DNA from: an uncultured delta proteobacterium
GTDB taxonomy: Bacteria; Desulfobacterota; Syntrophia; Syntrophales; UBA5619
Direction of reading: 5' to 3'
NCBI GenBank assembly: GCA_963817385.1
Contig: CAWFOM010000005.1
Coordinates: 160,001 to 224,000 of the forward strand
DNA: 64,000 bases
This document shows, piece by piece, positions 30,907-40,766 of this stretch (position 1 is its first letter; each line of letters begins with the position of its first letter). The translations under genes were made by a program, and so were the position numbers. A model generated the notes under the pieces. That model saw only the letters and a program-made list of their open reading frames with translations, had not been told where the DNA came from and did not search any database.

Positions 30907-31393
30907 TTAGTAGATTGGCCCGTAGATTGGAAGGACCTTTTCCAGAATACCCATGGGCAGCGGGACGCCGAGCCAGCGCCCGAAAACCAGGTACACGCCG
31001 AACAGGGTAAGGATCGCGGTGAGGGCGATTGCCTTCCAGTTCCGGGAGCCGAAGACCGGCATGGTGACGGCAGTGACGATGGCCAGAGAGATCGGCAGAC
31101 CCAGACGGTTTCATGAGGACTATGGCCAGGAGGTAACCGGCGAGCACCAGGATCACCCGTAATCCGCCCACCTTTTCGGGATAAAATACCGTCGCGAAGC
31201 GTTCGGCGGGAAGCGAGATGGCCCGGACCAGCAAGGCAGCCGATGTGATCCCCAGACCTACTGCAAGCCAGAACGGCATAAAGCCCGGCCCCATCCCAAA
31301 CTCGGCGCCGGACTCGATCAGGCTGGACTCGTAGCCGATATAGATCGCAAACAGCAACAGAACCACCCCCAGGACTTGTTCGGCCCGTTTCAT
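30907..31393 (-). CDS. tctB: Tripartite tricarboxylate transporter small subunit (frameshift near 31105)
   Basis: GPGFMP, multi-TM, LGVPLPMG after correction; lies between tctC and tctA. Confidence 0.85.
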
Positions 31394-31481
31394 GTCGGAT
31401 CTCCTTTCCCTTGGGTCTGCCGGGACCGGCCGTTTTATTCTCGGCCGGTCCCGGCTTTACGCTGGGCTGCGAACAGCAAAA

Positions 31482-32471
31482 CTACTTCTTGACCACACCA
31501 AGCTCCCGCAGGATGATACTGGTTTCCTGCGCAAATTTGTCGTAGTGCTTCCTGGTCTGGGCGCCGTCCAGGAACTTCGGAGTCATGAAGTTGTCGGAAA
31601 TGTATTTCTTGAAGGCCGCGGTATCCATGACCTTCTTGGCAACCTGCTGGTAGTAGGCCACTGCCTCAGCAGGGATGCCCGGCGGGGCGTTGATCCCGCG
31701 GAAGGTGTTGAAAACCACATTGATGCCCAGTTCCTTCAGGGTGGGGACATCCTTGAGCTCCGGCACCCGGACCTCGGCAGCGAGGGCCAGAGGCCGCATG
31801 GTCTTCCCCTCGAACTGGGGCATGACCTCGGTCGGATTGGCGCTGGCGATGTCGATATGGCCTCCGAGGAGCGCCGCGTTCACATCACCGCCGCCCTGGA
31901 AAGCGATGTAGTTGAACTTAACGCCGGCGGCCTTGCCGATCATGGCCGCCAGGATGGAATCGGAACCGCCCACGTTGGACCCGCCCCACTTGATGTTTTT
32001 ATTGGCCTTGGCCGCCGCGATCAGGTCTCCGAAAGTCTTATAGGGGGATTCCGTCCGCGTCATGATCACCATCTCGTCGAAGGCCAGGATGGCAATATCC
32101 GTGAAATCCTTGTGGCTGATGGTCTTGGAGGCCCCGGTCAAGCCGGCCGTGATGTAAGAATTGGAGGTGCTGCCGAAATAATAGGGGATTCCTTTCTTCT
32201 CATGCAGATAGGCCATGCCGACGGCCTGGCTGCCGCCGGGCTTGTAGACCCGGGGCACTGCCACCGGAACCAGCTTTTCCTTTTCCATGATGCCTCCCAC
32301 GGTCTCGGCAAATATGGAGCTGCCTCCCCCCGGCGAGGCGAAGATGACGAATTCGATGGGCCTGTTGGGAACGAAGGACGCGGCCCCCGAGAGGGCCGGC
32401 GCCATGGCCAAGACCGAAACTGCCAGGACCGAAAAAATGATGACCCGAATGTTGCGTACGCTCACTTTCAT
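31482..32471 (-). CDS. tctC: Tripartite tricarboxylate transporter substrate-binding protein (Bug family)
   Basis: Signal peptide, PGGG, KPGG, GGG...LLGG, VPTLKELG. Confidence 0.9.
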   Translation of the reverse strand: MKVSVRNIRVIIFSVLAVSVLAMAPALSGAASFVPNRPIEFVIFASPGGGSSIFAETVGGIMEKEKLVPVAVPRVYKPGGSQAVGMAYLHEKKGIPYYFGSTSNSYITAGLTGASKTISHKDFTDIAILAFDEMVIMTRTESPYKTFGDLIAAAKANKNIKWGGSNVGGSDSILAAMIGKAAGVKFNYIAFQGGGDVNAALLGGHIDIASANPTEVMPQFEGKTMRPLALAAEVRVPELKDVPTLKELGINVVFNTFRGINAPPGIPAEAVAYYQQVAKKVMDTAAFKKYISDNFMTPKFLDGAQTRKHYDKFAQETSIILRELGVVKK

Positions 32472-32768
32472 GATGACCTCCTTTAGGTGATTGAAGCTGG
32501 TTTGTTAGTTTCACGCCTGAAGGCACTCGCTCATCTCGAGGGGATATCGAGTGTCACCATCCGCATCTCAGTGGTGATGTTTGCATACAATCATAAAAAC
32601 ATAATGTCAAATCGAAAAATGCGTTTCTGTGCACCAATAGCAAAAATACAACATGTTAAAATAATGGAATCATTAATCGATGCTCATTTTACTTGTCTTT
32701 TTATGTGTTCTTGTATTAGGAAGTCCCAGGAATTTTTTGTGATCAAAGACAAACAGGAGGAATGATCC

Positions 32769-33710
32769 ATGGGATTCGATTATGCACAGAATTTGATCAG
32801 ACGATCGAGATTAATCATGCCGGCCAACGAGCGAAAGTATGTTGAAAAAGCCCATCTGCGAAATGCCGATGCCGTTGTCCTCGACCTGGAAGACAGCGTT
32901 CCCGTATCCGAAAAAGTGGCGACACGGGCTGTTCTGAAAGATTCCATCTTCCTGGCGGGCAAGAGCGGAAGCGACGTTCTGGTGAGGGTCAATAATACGG
33001 ACGAATTGCTTCAGGGCGATGTTGAAGCCTCCGTCTGGCCCGGACTTGACGGCATCTTTTTCCCGAAGGTGGAGACGGGGCAACAGGTAAGGGACCTCGA
33101 TCGACTCCTTACCGAGCTGGAACGAAAAAGGGGCATCCCTCCCGGTCATGTGAAGATTTCAATCATAGCCGAAACACTAAAAGGGTACCTCAACGTGCAA
33201 GAGACCACCAGCGCCAGCGATCGAATTGATTCCCTCTCTCTCGGCACGGAGGATTTCGCCACGAACACCGGGATGGAGATGTCGGAGGCGACCTATCACG
33301 GGTGGTTGATACCGAGGATGCAGATCGTGTTTGTCGCCCACGCCTACGGCAAACTGCCGTTGAACTTATTGGGCAGTATGGCCGCTTTCGGCGACACCGC
33401 CGGCTTCGAAAAGATGGCCGTACTCTCCTATAAGCACGGCTTCCTCGGTTCCAGCTGCATTCATCCGGGAAATGTGGAGATCCTGAACAGATGTTTTTCT
33501 CCCACCCCGGAGGCGATCGAACATTCACGAAAGCTTATCGACGTCTTCGAACGAAGCCTCGCGGCAGGCAGGGCATCGACGACGCTGGATGGACGGATGA
33601 TCGATTATCCCCACTATGAACGGGCGAAACAGGTCCTGGCGAGAAGCGCCAAGATCGAGGCGTTGGAACAAAGAAAGAACAAGGCACGGCAGGCGGCGAC
33701 CGGCGGTTGA
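32769..33710 (+). CDS. CitE-like CoA-ester lyase, second paralog
   Basis: RRSRLIMP, DLEDSV, VRVN, GTEDF, CIHP, DGRMID. Confidence 0.9.
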   Translation: MGFDYAQNLIRRSRLIMPANERKYVEKAHLRNADAVVLDLEDSVPVSEKVATRAVLKDSIFLAGKSGSDVLVRVNNTDELLQGDVEASVWPGLDGIFFPKVETGQQVRDLDRLLTELERKRGIPPGHVKISIIAETLKGYLNVQETTSASDRIDSLSLGTEDFATNTGMEMSEATYHGWLIPRMQIVFVAHAYGKLPLNLLGSMAAFGDTAGFEKMAVLSYKHGFLGSSCIHPGNVEILNRCFSPTPEAIEHSRKLIDVFERSLAAGRASTTLDGRMIDYPHYERAKQVLARSAKIEALEQRKNKARQAATGG

Positions 33711-33756
33711 GTCCATCAATAGAGACTGGATCTTCTCTCCAGAATCCAGAATCCGG

Positions 33757-33785
33757 TTGACACATGGGGACGGTTCTTCTATAAA
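33757..33785 (+). promoter_or_regulatory. Sigma70-type promoter of kor operon
   Basis: TTGACA-N17-TATAAA. Confidence 0.75.
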
Positions 33786-33885
33786 GAAACGGCGTACAGG
33801 AATCGCAACAATACCACCGTAAGCAACCTCGCCATAGGGCGGGACGAATACCCCCTCTTCGGATCGAGACAGGGCAGGAACGTAT

Positions 33886-34095
33886 ATGGCAAAGCCGAAG
33901 CTGAAGGAACATGTGATCAATCGGGACTGGTGCAAGGGGTGCGGGATTTGCGTGCATTTTTGCCCCAAGAAGGTCCTGGAATTGGATGAACACGACAAGG
34001 TGGTGGCGGCGAGGCCGCAGGATTGCGTTTGCTGCAAACTCTGCGAGCTGAGGTGTCCGGATTTGGCGATCGAGGTACGGACGGAGCAGGATTGA
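33886..34095 (+). CDS. korD: 2-oxoacid:ferredoxin oxidoreductase delta (2x4Fe-4S)
   Basis: CKGCGICVHFCP and CVCCKLCELRCPDLAI. Confidence 0.9.
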   Translation: MAKPKLKEHVINRDWCKGCGICVHFCPKKVLELDEHDKVVAARPQDCVCCKLCELRCPDLAIEVRTEQD

Positions 34096-34096
34096 T

Positions 34097-35245
34097 ATGG
34101 GCGGCAGATTGACGTTTGTCCAGGGGAATGAGGCCTGTGTGGAGGCGGCTCTGTACGCCGGGCTGGATTTTTTTGCGGGGTATCCCATCACCCCTTCGAC
34201 GGAGATCGCGGAGCTGATGTCGGTGCGCCTGCCCCGGAAGGGCGGGAAGTTCATGCAGATGGAGGACGAGATCGCCTCGATCTGCGCGATCATCGGCGCG
34301 TCGCTGACGGGAAGCAAGGTGATGACGGCGACGAGCGGACCGGGCTTCTCCCTGATGCAGGAGGGGCTGGGGTACGCGATCATGGCGGAGATCCCCTGCG
34401 TCATCGTGGATGTTCAGCGGGGAGGGCCCTCGACGGGGCTCCCGACGAAGGTAAGCCAGGGAGACATCAACCAGGCCCGCTGGGGGGTGCACGGGGATCA
34501 TTCGATTATCGCGCTCACGGCGTCGAACCACCAGGACGTTTTTTCGATCACGGTGGACGCCTTCAATTTCTCGGAGACCTTCCGCACGCCGGTGATCCTG
34601 CTGTTCGACGAGGTGGTCGGGCACATGCGGGAACGGTTGGCGATACCCGAACCCGGAGAGATCCCTCTGGTGGAGCGGCTCAAGACGTCGGTGCGGGAAG
34701 GGGTGGATTACCATCCCTACCTGCCCCGGGAGGACGGCCGTTTGCCGATGTCGGATTTCGGCGGGATACACCGGTACAACGTGACGGGCCTGTTCCATGA
34801 CATGTGGGGATTCCCCTCGGACAATCCGCAGGTCGTACACGACCTCCTGCGCCACCTGGTGGATAAGATCGAGACCCACGTCGATGAAGTGACGCGCTAC
34901 AAGGAATATTTTGTCGACGACGCGGAGATGCTCTTGATCTCGTACGGTTCATCGGCGCGTTCGGCGCTGCACGTGGTGATGGATCGCCGCCAGCACGGGG
35001 AGAGGATCGGGCTCCTGGAGCTCCAGACGCTGTGGCCCTTCCCCGCGAACCTGGTGCGGGAGAAGGCGGGGAACGCCCGCTACGTGGTGGTGGTGGAGAT
35101 GAACATGGGTCAGATTCTGCAGTCGGTCAAGCTGGCTGTGGATAAGCCGGAGCGGATCTTCCTGGCAAATCGTGTGGACGGGGTATTGATTACGCCGGCG
35201 GATATACGCAACATTCTGCGGCTGATCCAGGGCAAAGGAGTCTGA
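34097..35245 (+). CDS. korA: 2-oxoacid:ferredoxin oxidoreductase alpha
   Basis: YPITPSTE, QMEDE, TSGPG, RGGPSTG. Confidence 0.92.
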   Translation: MGGRLTFVQGNEACVEAALYAGLDFFAGYPITPSTEIAELMSVRLPRKGGKFMQMEDEIASICAIIGASLTGSKVMTATSGPGFSLMQEGLGYAIMAEIPCVIVDVQRGGPSTGLPTKVSQGDINQARWGVHGDHSIIALTASNHQDVFSITVDAFNFSETFRTPVILLFDEVVGHMRERLAIPEPGEIPLVERLKTSVREGVDYHPYLPREDGRLPMSDFGGIHRYNVTGLFHDMWGFPSDNPQVVHDLLRHLVDKIETHVDEVTRYKEYFVDDAEMLLISYGSSARSALHVVMDRRQHGERIGLLELQTLWPFPANLVREKAGNARYVVVVEMNMGQILQSVKLAVDKPERIFLANRVDGVLITPADIRNILRLIQGKGV

Positions 35246-35246
35246 C

Positions 35247-36050
35247 ATGGCCGTAAAGGAATACATCCGGGAGAAGTTCTTTCCGCACATCTGGTGCCCG
35301 GGCTGCGGACACGGGATCGTGCTCAACGGCCTCCTGCACGCCGTCGAGAACATGGGGTTGAAGAAGAACGACCTCGTGATGGTGTCGGGGATCGGCTGTT
35401 CGTCCCGGATTGCCGGATACCTGGATTTCCACACGCTGCACACGATCCACGGGCGGGCGCTGGCGTTCGCCATCGGGGTGAAGATGAGCCGTCCGGAGCT
35501 GACGCTCCTGGTGCCGATGGGCGACGGAGATGCATTGTCGATCGGGGGAAACCACTTCATCCATGCGTGCCGGCGGAATATCGATATGACGGCGATCGTG
35601 ATGAACAACCGGGTGTACGGGATGACGGGCGGCCAGTATTCGCCGCTTTCGGGATACGGCACCATGGCGACGACGGCCCCGTATACGAACATCGATCAGG
35701 AGTTTGACATCGTCAGCATGGCAACGGCTTCCGGGGCGACGTTCGTGGCGCGCACCACGGCGTATCACGTCCAGCAGATGACCGATGTCCTGGAGGAGGC
35801 GATCCGGCACAAGGGATTTTCGGTCGTGGAGGTGATGTCGCCGTGCCCGACCTACTTCGGCAGGAAGAACAAGGAGGGAAGCGCGGTGGACATGATGGAG
35901 AAGCTCAAGACCACGACCACGCCGATCGGCTCCAAGGCAAAACAGGAGGACCCTTCGCTGATCGAGCGGGGGGTGTTCGTGAAGAAGGAGATGCCGGAGT
36001 ACTGTGACGAATATCAGAAGATCATCGAGCGGGCGATGAAGGGGAAGTGA
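35247..36050 (+). CDS. korB: 2-oxoacid:ferredoxin oxidoreductase beta
   Basis: WCPGCG, GIGC, GDGD, YGMTGGQ. Confidence 0.92.
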   Translation: MAVKEYIREKFFPHIWCPGCGHGIVLNGLLHAVENMGLKKNDLVMVSGIGCSSRIAGYLDFHTLHTIHGRALAFAIGVKMSRPELTLLVPMGDGDALSIGGNHFIHACRRNIDMTAIVMNNRVYGMTGGQYSPLSGYGTMATTAPYTNIDQEFDIVSMATASGATFVARTTAYHVQQMTDVLEEAIRHKGFSVVEVMSPCPTYFGRKNKEGSAVDMMEKLKTTTTPIGSKAKQEDPSLIERGVFVKKEMPEYCDEYQKIIERAMKGK

Positions 36051-36053
36051 GCT

Positions 36054-36599
36054 ATGGAGCGATGCAGGATGGTGTTTTCCGGTTCGGGCGGGCAGGGGGT
36101 GATCACGGCGGCGATCATTCTGGCCGAGGCCGCCGTACTGCATGAAAATCTCGTTGCCGTCCAGTCCCAGTCGTACGGTCCGGAGGCGCGAGGCGGCGCC
36201 ACCCGCGCCGATGTCATCATCGCCGAATCCCCGGTCTACTTTCCGAAGGTGATCCAGCCCAATGTCCTGGTGTGTCTGACGCAGCAGGCGTATACGAATT
36301 ATTATTCCATCCTCCGTCCGGGCGGTCTGTTTGTCACCGACAGCCATTACGTCAAGCTGGGCAAGAAAGTGGATGCGCGCCAGGTGGAGCTGCCGATGTT
36401 CGAGACGGTAATGGCAAAGGTCGGCCGGCCGATCGTTTTCAACATCTGCATGCTCGGAGCGGTGATCGGATTGACGAAGCTGGTCCGGCCCGATTCCATC
36501 ATGAAGGTGCTCGAAGCCCAGATTCACCCCGGTTTTCTCGAGATGAACCGGCAGGCCCTCGATATCGGCATGAAACTGGTTGAAGGAATCGGCGATTGA
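36054..36599 (+). CDS. korC: 2-oxoacid:ferredoxin oxidoreductase gamma
   Basis: GSGGQG, SYGPEARGG. Confidence 0.92.
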   Translation: MERCRMVFSGSGGQGVITAAIILAEAAVLHENLVAVQSQSYGPEARGGATRADVIIAESPVYFPKVIQPNVLVCLTQQAYTNYYSILRPGGLFVTDSHYVKLGKKVDARQVELPMFETVMAKVGRPIVFNICMLGAVIGLTKLVRPDSIMKVLEAQIHPGFLEMNRQALDIGMKLVEGIGD

Positions 36600-36851
36600 A
36601 TGCGTGTTCATGCATATGAGCCCACCCTTCCCCGGTCAGAATCACCGGGCTTTCATTGGGGGAAGCAACCATGCGCATTCCCGGAACAAATCAGTATCTG
36701 ATGCCCTCAAACAAGTACATTCCCCCCATTTCCATCCCCACCCGAACCCACCCCCATCGAAGAGGAGGAGCGTTCGGACATGGTGCGAAACCGTCAGAAT
36801 ATCGCCGATACTTGATATTCGGAAGGTGCGCAGGGACCACGGAGGTACGAC

Positions 36852-38015
36852 ATGAAGATCCATGAATACCAGGCAAAGAAACTGTTGCGGGATTACGGGA
36901 TTCCGGTGCCCCGCGGCGAGGTCGCCGCTACCCCGGAGAAGGCGCGCAGGCTCGCGGCTAAGCTGGCAGGACGGACCGTCGTCAAGGCGCAGATCCACGC
37001 CGGCGGCCGGGGGAGGGGCGGCGGCGTGAAACCGGCCGCTTCGCCGGATGAGGCCACTGCGGCCGCCCGGTCGATCCTCGGGATGCAGTTGGTGACCCAC
37101 CAGACGGGTCCGGAGGGGAAGAAGGTGCGCACGGTTCTCGTGGAGGAGGCGTCTGCTCCGCAACGGGAGTTGTACCTGAGCCTGGTAGTGGACCGATCGC
37201 GGGGGAAGGAGTGCGTGGTGTTCATGGCCTCGGAGGCGGGCGGCATGGACATCGAGCAGGTGGCGGCAACAACCCCGGAGAAGATCGTCAAGTGCGCGAT
37301 CCATCCTGCCGTGGGGTTCAGCCCGTTCCAGGCGCGCAAGCTCTCCGTCGGCCTGGGGCTGGACCCGGAACAGGGCCGGGAGTTCGCCCAGATCGCCCGG
37401 AACCTGTACCGGCTCTTCCTGGAGAAGGACTGCTCGCTGGTGGAGATCAACCCGCTGGCGATTACGGAAGCGGGCCGCCTGCTGGCGCTTGACACGAAGA
37501 TCACCTTCGATGATGACGGCCTGTACCGCCATCCCGAGATCCGTGAGCTGCGCGACCCGGACGAAGAGGAGCCGCTGGAGGTCGCCGCCAGGAGCGCCTC
37601 CGTGAACTACATCAAGCTGGACGGAAACGTCGGCTGCATGGTCAACGGGGCGGGACTGGCGATGACGACGATGGATTTGATCAAGATGGCGGGGGGCGAA
37701 CCGGCGAACTTTCTCGACGTGGGAGGCAGCGCATCGCCGGAACAGATCGAGAAGGCCTTTCGCATCCTGACATCCGATCCGAGCGTGAAGTGCATCCTCG
37801 TCAACATCTTCGGCGGGGTGCTGCGGTGCGACCGCGTCTCCGCCGGACTGATCCAGGCGGCGGGAAAGATCGATATGAAGCTGCCGATGGTCGTGCGGCT
37901 CCAGGGGACGAACGTGGAGGAGGGGCGCCGGATGCTCAAGGAGTCCGGGCTCAGCTTTACGGTGGCGGACGGCCTGTACGAGGCGGCCCAGAAGGCCGTT
38001 GCCCTGCTGGGATAG
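36852..38015 (+). CDS. sucC: Succinyl-CoA synthetase beta
   Basis: MKIHEYQAK, KAQIHAGGRG, NGAGLAM, NFLDVGG. Confidence 0.95.
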   Translation: MKIHEYQAKKLLRDYGIPVPRGEVAATPEKARRLAAKLAGRTVVKAQIHAGGRGRGGGVKPAASPDEATAAARSILGMQLVTHQTGPEGKKVRTVLVEEASAPQRELYLSLVVDRSRGKECVVFMASEAGGMDIEQVAATTPEKIVKCAIHPAVGFSPFQARKLSVGLGLDPEQGREFAQIARNLYRLFLEKDCSLVEINPLAITEAGRLLALDTKITFDDDGLYRHPEIRELRDPDEEEPLEVAARSASVNYIKLDGNVGCMVNGAGLAMTTMDLIKMAGGEPANFLDVGGSASPEQIEKAFRILTSDPSVKCILVNIFGGVLRCDRVSAGLIQAAGKIDMKLPMVVRLQGTNVEEGRRMLKESGLSFTVADGLYEAAQKAVALLG

Positions 38016-38033
38016 GTAGTCGCCGTGCGCCAG

Positions 38034-38123
38034 GGGGCTTCACCGCGGCGCTGGACATTTTCCGATCCTGCCCGGCGGCAGGATACCCCGGAAAATCTCC
38101 AATGCGCCGCCTGCTGAAGCCCC
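38034..38123. repeat. Long imperfect hairpin between sucC and sucD
   Basis: Five nested stems: GGGGCTTCA/TGAAGCCCC, GCGGCGC/GCGCCGC, TGGA/TCCA, ATTTTCCG/CGGAAAAT, ATCCTGCC/GGCAGGAT. Confidence 0.75.
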
Positions 38124-38220
38124 ACTGCCACCCGGCTGAAGGTGAAAGTAGTAAAACTACTGAAATGAGTCTTAAGCGGCGGGAAGGTGATTCCCCAAGT
38201 GCTCAAAGGAGATTATGATC

Positions 38221-39099
38221 ATGGCCATATTGCTGGATCGCAATGCGCGCATCGTCATCCAGGGGATCACGGGCTCGGAGGGGAGCTTTCACACCCGGGA
38301 ATCGGTGAAGATGGGGACCGCGGTCGTGGCCGGGGTCACGCCCGGCAAGGGCGGAACGGATCTGGACGGCATCCCCGTCTACAACCGGGTCATCGATGCG
38401 GTGGAAAAGCACGGCGCCAACGTTTCGGGGATCTACACGCCGGCGGCGTTTGCACCCGATGCGATCTTTGAGGCGATCGAGGCGGGGATCGGGCTCATCG
38501 TCTGCATGACGGAGGGTATCCCCGTGCTCGAGATGATCAAGGTCAAGCAGGCGCTCCACGGTTCGGGCAGCCGGCTGATCGGCGCGAACTGTCCGGGGAT
38601 CACGACCCCCGGGGTGGGAAAGGTCGGCTTCATGCCCAACTTCATCCACCGGGAGGGGAACGTGGGCGTCGTCTCGCGCAGCGGAACCCTCACCTACGAG
38701 ATGATCTGGCAGCTGACCACCCTGGGGATCGGCCAGTCCACTTCGGTCGGGATCGGCGGGGATCCGATCGCGGGGTCCGGTTTCATCGATATCCTGGAGC
38801 TCTACCAGCAGGATCCGCAGACGGAGGCGATCGTGATGATCGGCGAGATCGGGGGAACGGCGGAAGAGGAGGCGGCGGAGTTCATCCGGAGGCGGGTGAC
38901 AAAGCCGGTGGTCTCTTTCATCGCCGGACGGTCTGCCCCCCCGGGGCGGAGGATGGGCCACGCCGGGGCAATCATCTCGGGCGGGAAGGGTACGGCCGAG
39001 GAGAAATTCACGGCCCTGGAGAGGGCCGGCGTCATTGTGGAAAAGAATCCCGCCGAGATCGGCAGTCGCGTGCAGGAGATCCTGAAGGCACGGAAATAG
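38221..39099 (+). CDS. sucD: Succinyl-CoA synthetase alpha
   Basis: [33 protein letters not shown] phospho-His. Confidence 0.95.
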   Translation: MAILLDRNARIVIQGITGSEGSFHTRESVKMGTAVVAGVTPGKGGTDLDGIPVYNRVIDAVEKHGANVSGIYTPAAFAPDAIFEAIEAGIGLIVCMTEGIPVLEMIKVKQALHGSGSRLIGANCPGITTPGVGKVGFMPNFIHREGNVGVVSRSGTLTYEMIWQLTTLGIGQSTSVGIGGDPIAGSGFIDILELYQQDPQTEAIVMIGEIGGTAEEEAAEFIRRRVTKPVVSFIAGRSAPPGRRMGHAGAIISGGKGTAEEKFTALERAGVIVEKNPAEIGSRVQEILKARK

Positions 39100-39159
39100 G
39101 ACGGCGCCTCCTCACACGACGGGAGGCACCGGCACCCGCCTGGCCTCCCCGGCGGCGCG

Positions 39160-39219
39160 GGTGATCTGCTCCTCGTGGCAAAGCGCACCGCAGCAGATGA
39201 GTGTTTTTTCGACAGCCTG
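39160..39219 (-). repeat. Partial palindromic intergenic element
   Basis: Minus strand CAGGCTGTCGAAAAAACACTCATCTGCTGCGGTGCGCT resembles the left part of the 42475-42600 element. Confidence 0.4.
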
Positions 39220-40158
39220 TCAGTCGATCTTGATAAAATCGGCTGCCGGCGGCGGACAGGTAAAGAATTCGGACCGTAAAATTCCCGCCCATTGCGCGTA
39301 GATTTTCAGGACCGACGTCGCGTCTTCCTGGTCCCACCCTCGGTACTGGGCCTGGAGCAACAACTGCTGATAGAGTCCTCCCACGGGCAGCATCACGCCC
39401 AACTGCTTTGCCCGCTCGACGATGAGCCCCATATCCTTGACGGCCACGCTGACCTGTCCCTTGGGAGTAAACCGGCCGGCGAGCATATCCTTTCCCCTGG
39501 CCATGATCAGATCGCTCGAGGCCGCCCCGGTGGTGATGACATCGAGCATGACGGCTGGGTCTAAACCGGCCTTCATGCCCAGCGCCAGCCCTTCGACAGC
39601 CGCCGCCTCATTGAGATAGAGGATGAGGTTGACGACCAGTTTGAGCATCGCCCCGTCGCCGTGTTTTCCCGCATACACGGTTTTTTTGCCGATCCGCTCC
39701 AGGACCGGCTTGACCTTGTTGAATATCGACTTTTTCCCCCCGGCCATGAAGACCATGTTGCCGACCCGCGCCTGGGCGGAGGAGCCCGAGATGGGGATAT
39801 CCATCCAGTCGATTCCCTTGGCGGCCATGGTCTTTGCCATGGCTATCGTTTCCTCCGGAGGGGAGGTGCTCATATCGACGATAATCTGACCCTTGCGGAC
39901 GCCCTTCAATATACCGGCCTTTCCCGCGACGACCTCCTGGAGAATCTTCCAGTTCGCCAGGGAGAGGATGATGAGATCCGCGTCTTTGACGGCCTGTTTG
40001 GGAGACGCCGCCGGCTTCATCCCCTGCGGGACGAGATCGGCCATCTGTTTTTTGACAATATCATACCCCGTAACGGAATATCCCGCCTTGAGGAGCAAGG
40101 CGGAAATGGGCGTCCCCATCATTCCCAGACCGATCACCGCAATCCTTTTGATCCCCAT
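39220..40158 (-). CDS. Beta-hydroxyacid dehydrogenase (3-hydroxyisobutyrate/tartronate semialdehyde reductase family)
   Basis: GLGMMG, DMST, DIPISG, KLVVN catalytic Lys. Confidence 0.9.
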   Translation of the reverse strand: MGIKRIAVIGLGMMGTPISALLLKAGYSVTGYDIVKKQMADLVPQGMKPAASPKQAVKDADLIILSLANWKILQEVVAGKAGILKGVRKGQIIVDMSTSPPEETIAMAKTMAAKGIDWMDIPISGSSAQARVGNMVFMAGGKKSIFNKVKPVLERIGKKTVYAGKHGDGAMLKLVVNLILYLNEAAAVEGLALGMKAGLDPAVMLDVITTGAASSDLIMARGKDMLAGRFTPKGQVSVAVKDMGLIVERAKQLGVMLPVGGLYQQLLLQAQYRGWDQEDATSVLKIYAQWAGILRSEFFTCPPPAADFIKID

Positions 40159-40457
40159 TTCTCACCGCCCGTTTTCGCACGTTTGCCCGGTATCCTCATT
40201 ATTATCGCCTCCCGGTAGATGCATCGCCAAATTGAAGATCGAAGGGTGGAAGGCTATGGGAAAAATAACCGCTTGTCAATATGAAAAAAGACCGGCAGGA
40301 AGAGTGGGTTTATGAGGGTAAAAAAACTATTTTCATAAATGGATTTCACACTTGACAAAGCAGAAAATTCCTGTTACCGAAAGGTCCGTTTTGCCATTGA
40401 CAGGCCCTTGCCGCAGCAGGGGGGTGTCGTTTCCTTGAAACTATGCAGGGGGGGTGT

Positions 40458-40766
40458 ATGTTCATCTGGCTTTTTCACCGTATCAGCGGTGCAACCCTGA
40501 TCGTCCTTTTCAGCATCAAGATCCTCACCAGCTATTTTCTCTTCACCAAGGATAAAAAGCCCGACTGGGCCCTCAGCCTGCACCGGAACCCTGTCCTGGA
40601 TATCCTGATCCTGATCCTTTTCACCTTTCACAGCCTCTACGGTCTGCGGACCGTAGCGATCGACCTCGGTTACCGGAAAGAAAAGCAACTGTTCTGGGTC
40701 TCGAACATAGCCGCCGCCCTCATCTCCGCGGCATTAATTTTTCTCTACGTAAAGGCTCAATCGTAA
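40458..40766 (+). CDS. sdhC: Succinate dehydrogenase/fumarate reductase membrane anchor (3 TM)
   Basis: LFHRISG and FHSLYGLR His motifs; precedes flavoprotein. Confidence 0.8.
   Translation: MFIWLFHRISGATLIVLFSIKILTSYFLFTKDKKPDWALSLHRNPVLDILILILFTFHSLYGLRTVAIDLGYRKEKQLFWVSNIAAALISAALIFLYVKAQS

Noticed and set aside
36720..36770. C-rich CCCCACCCGAACCCACCCCCATCGAAGAGGAGG stretch as a regulatory RNA
   Set aside because: Looks like a degenerate intergenic palindromic repeat; pairing too weak to call
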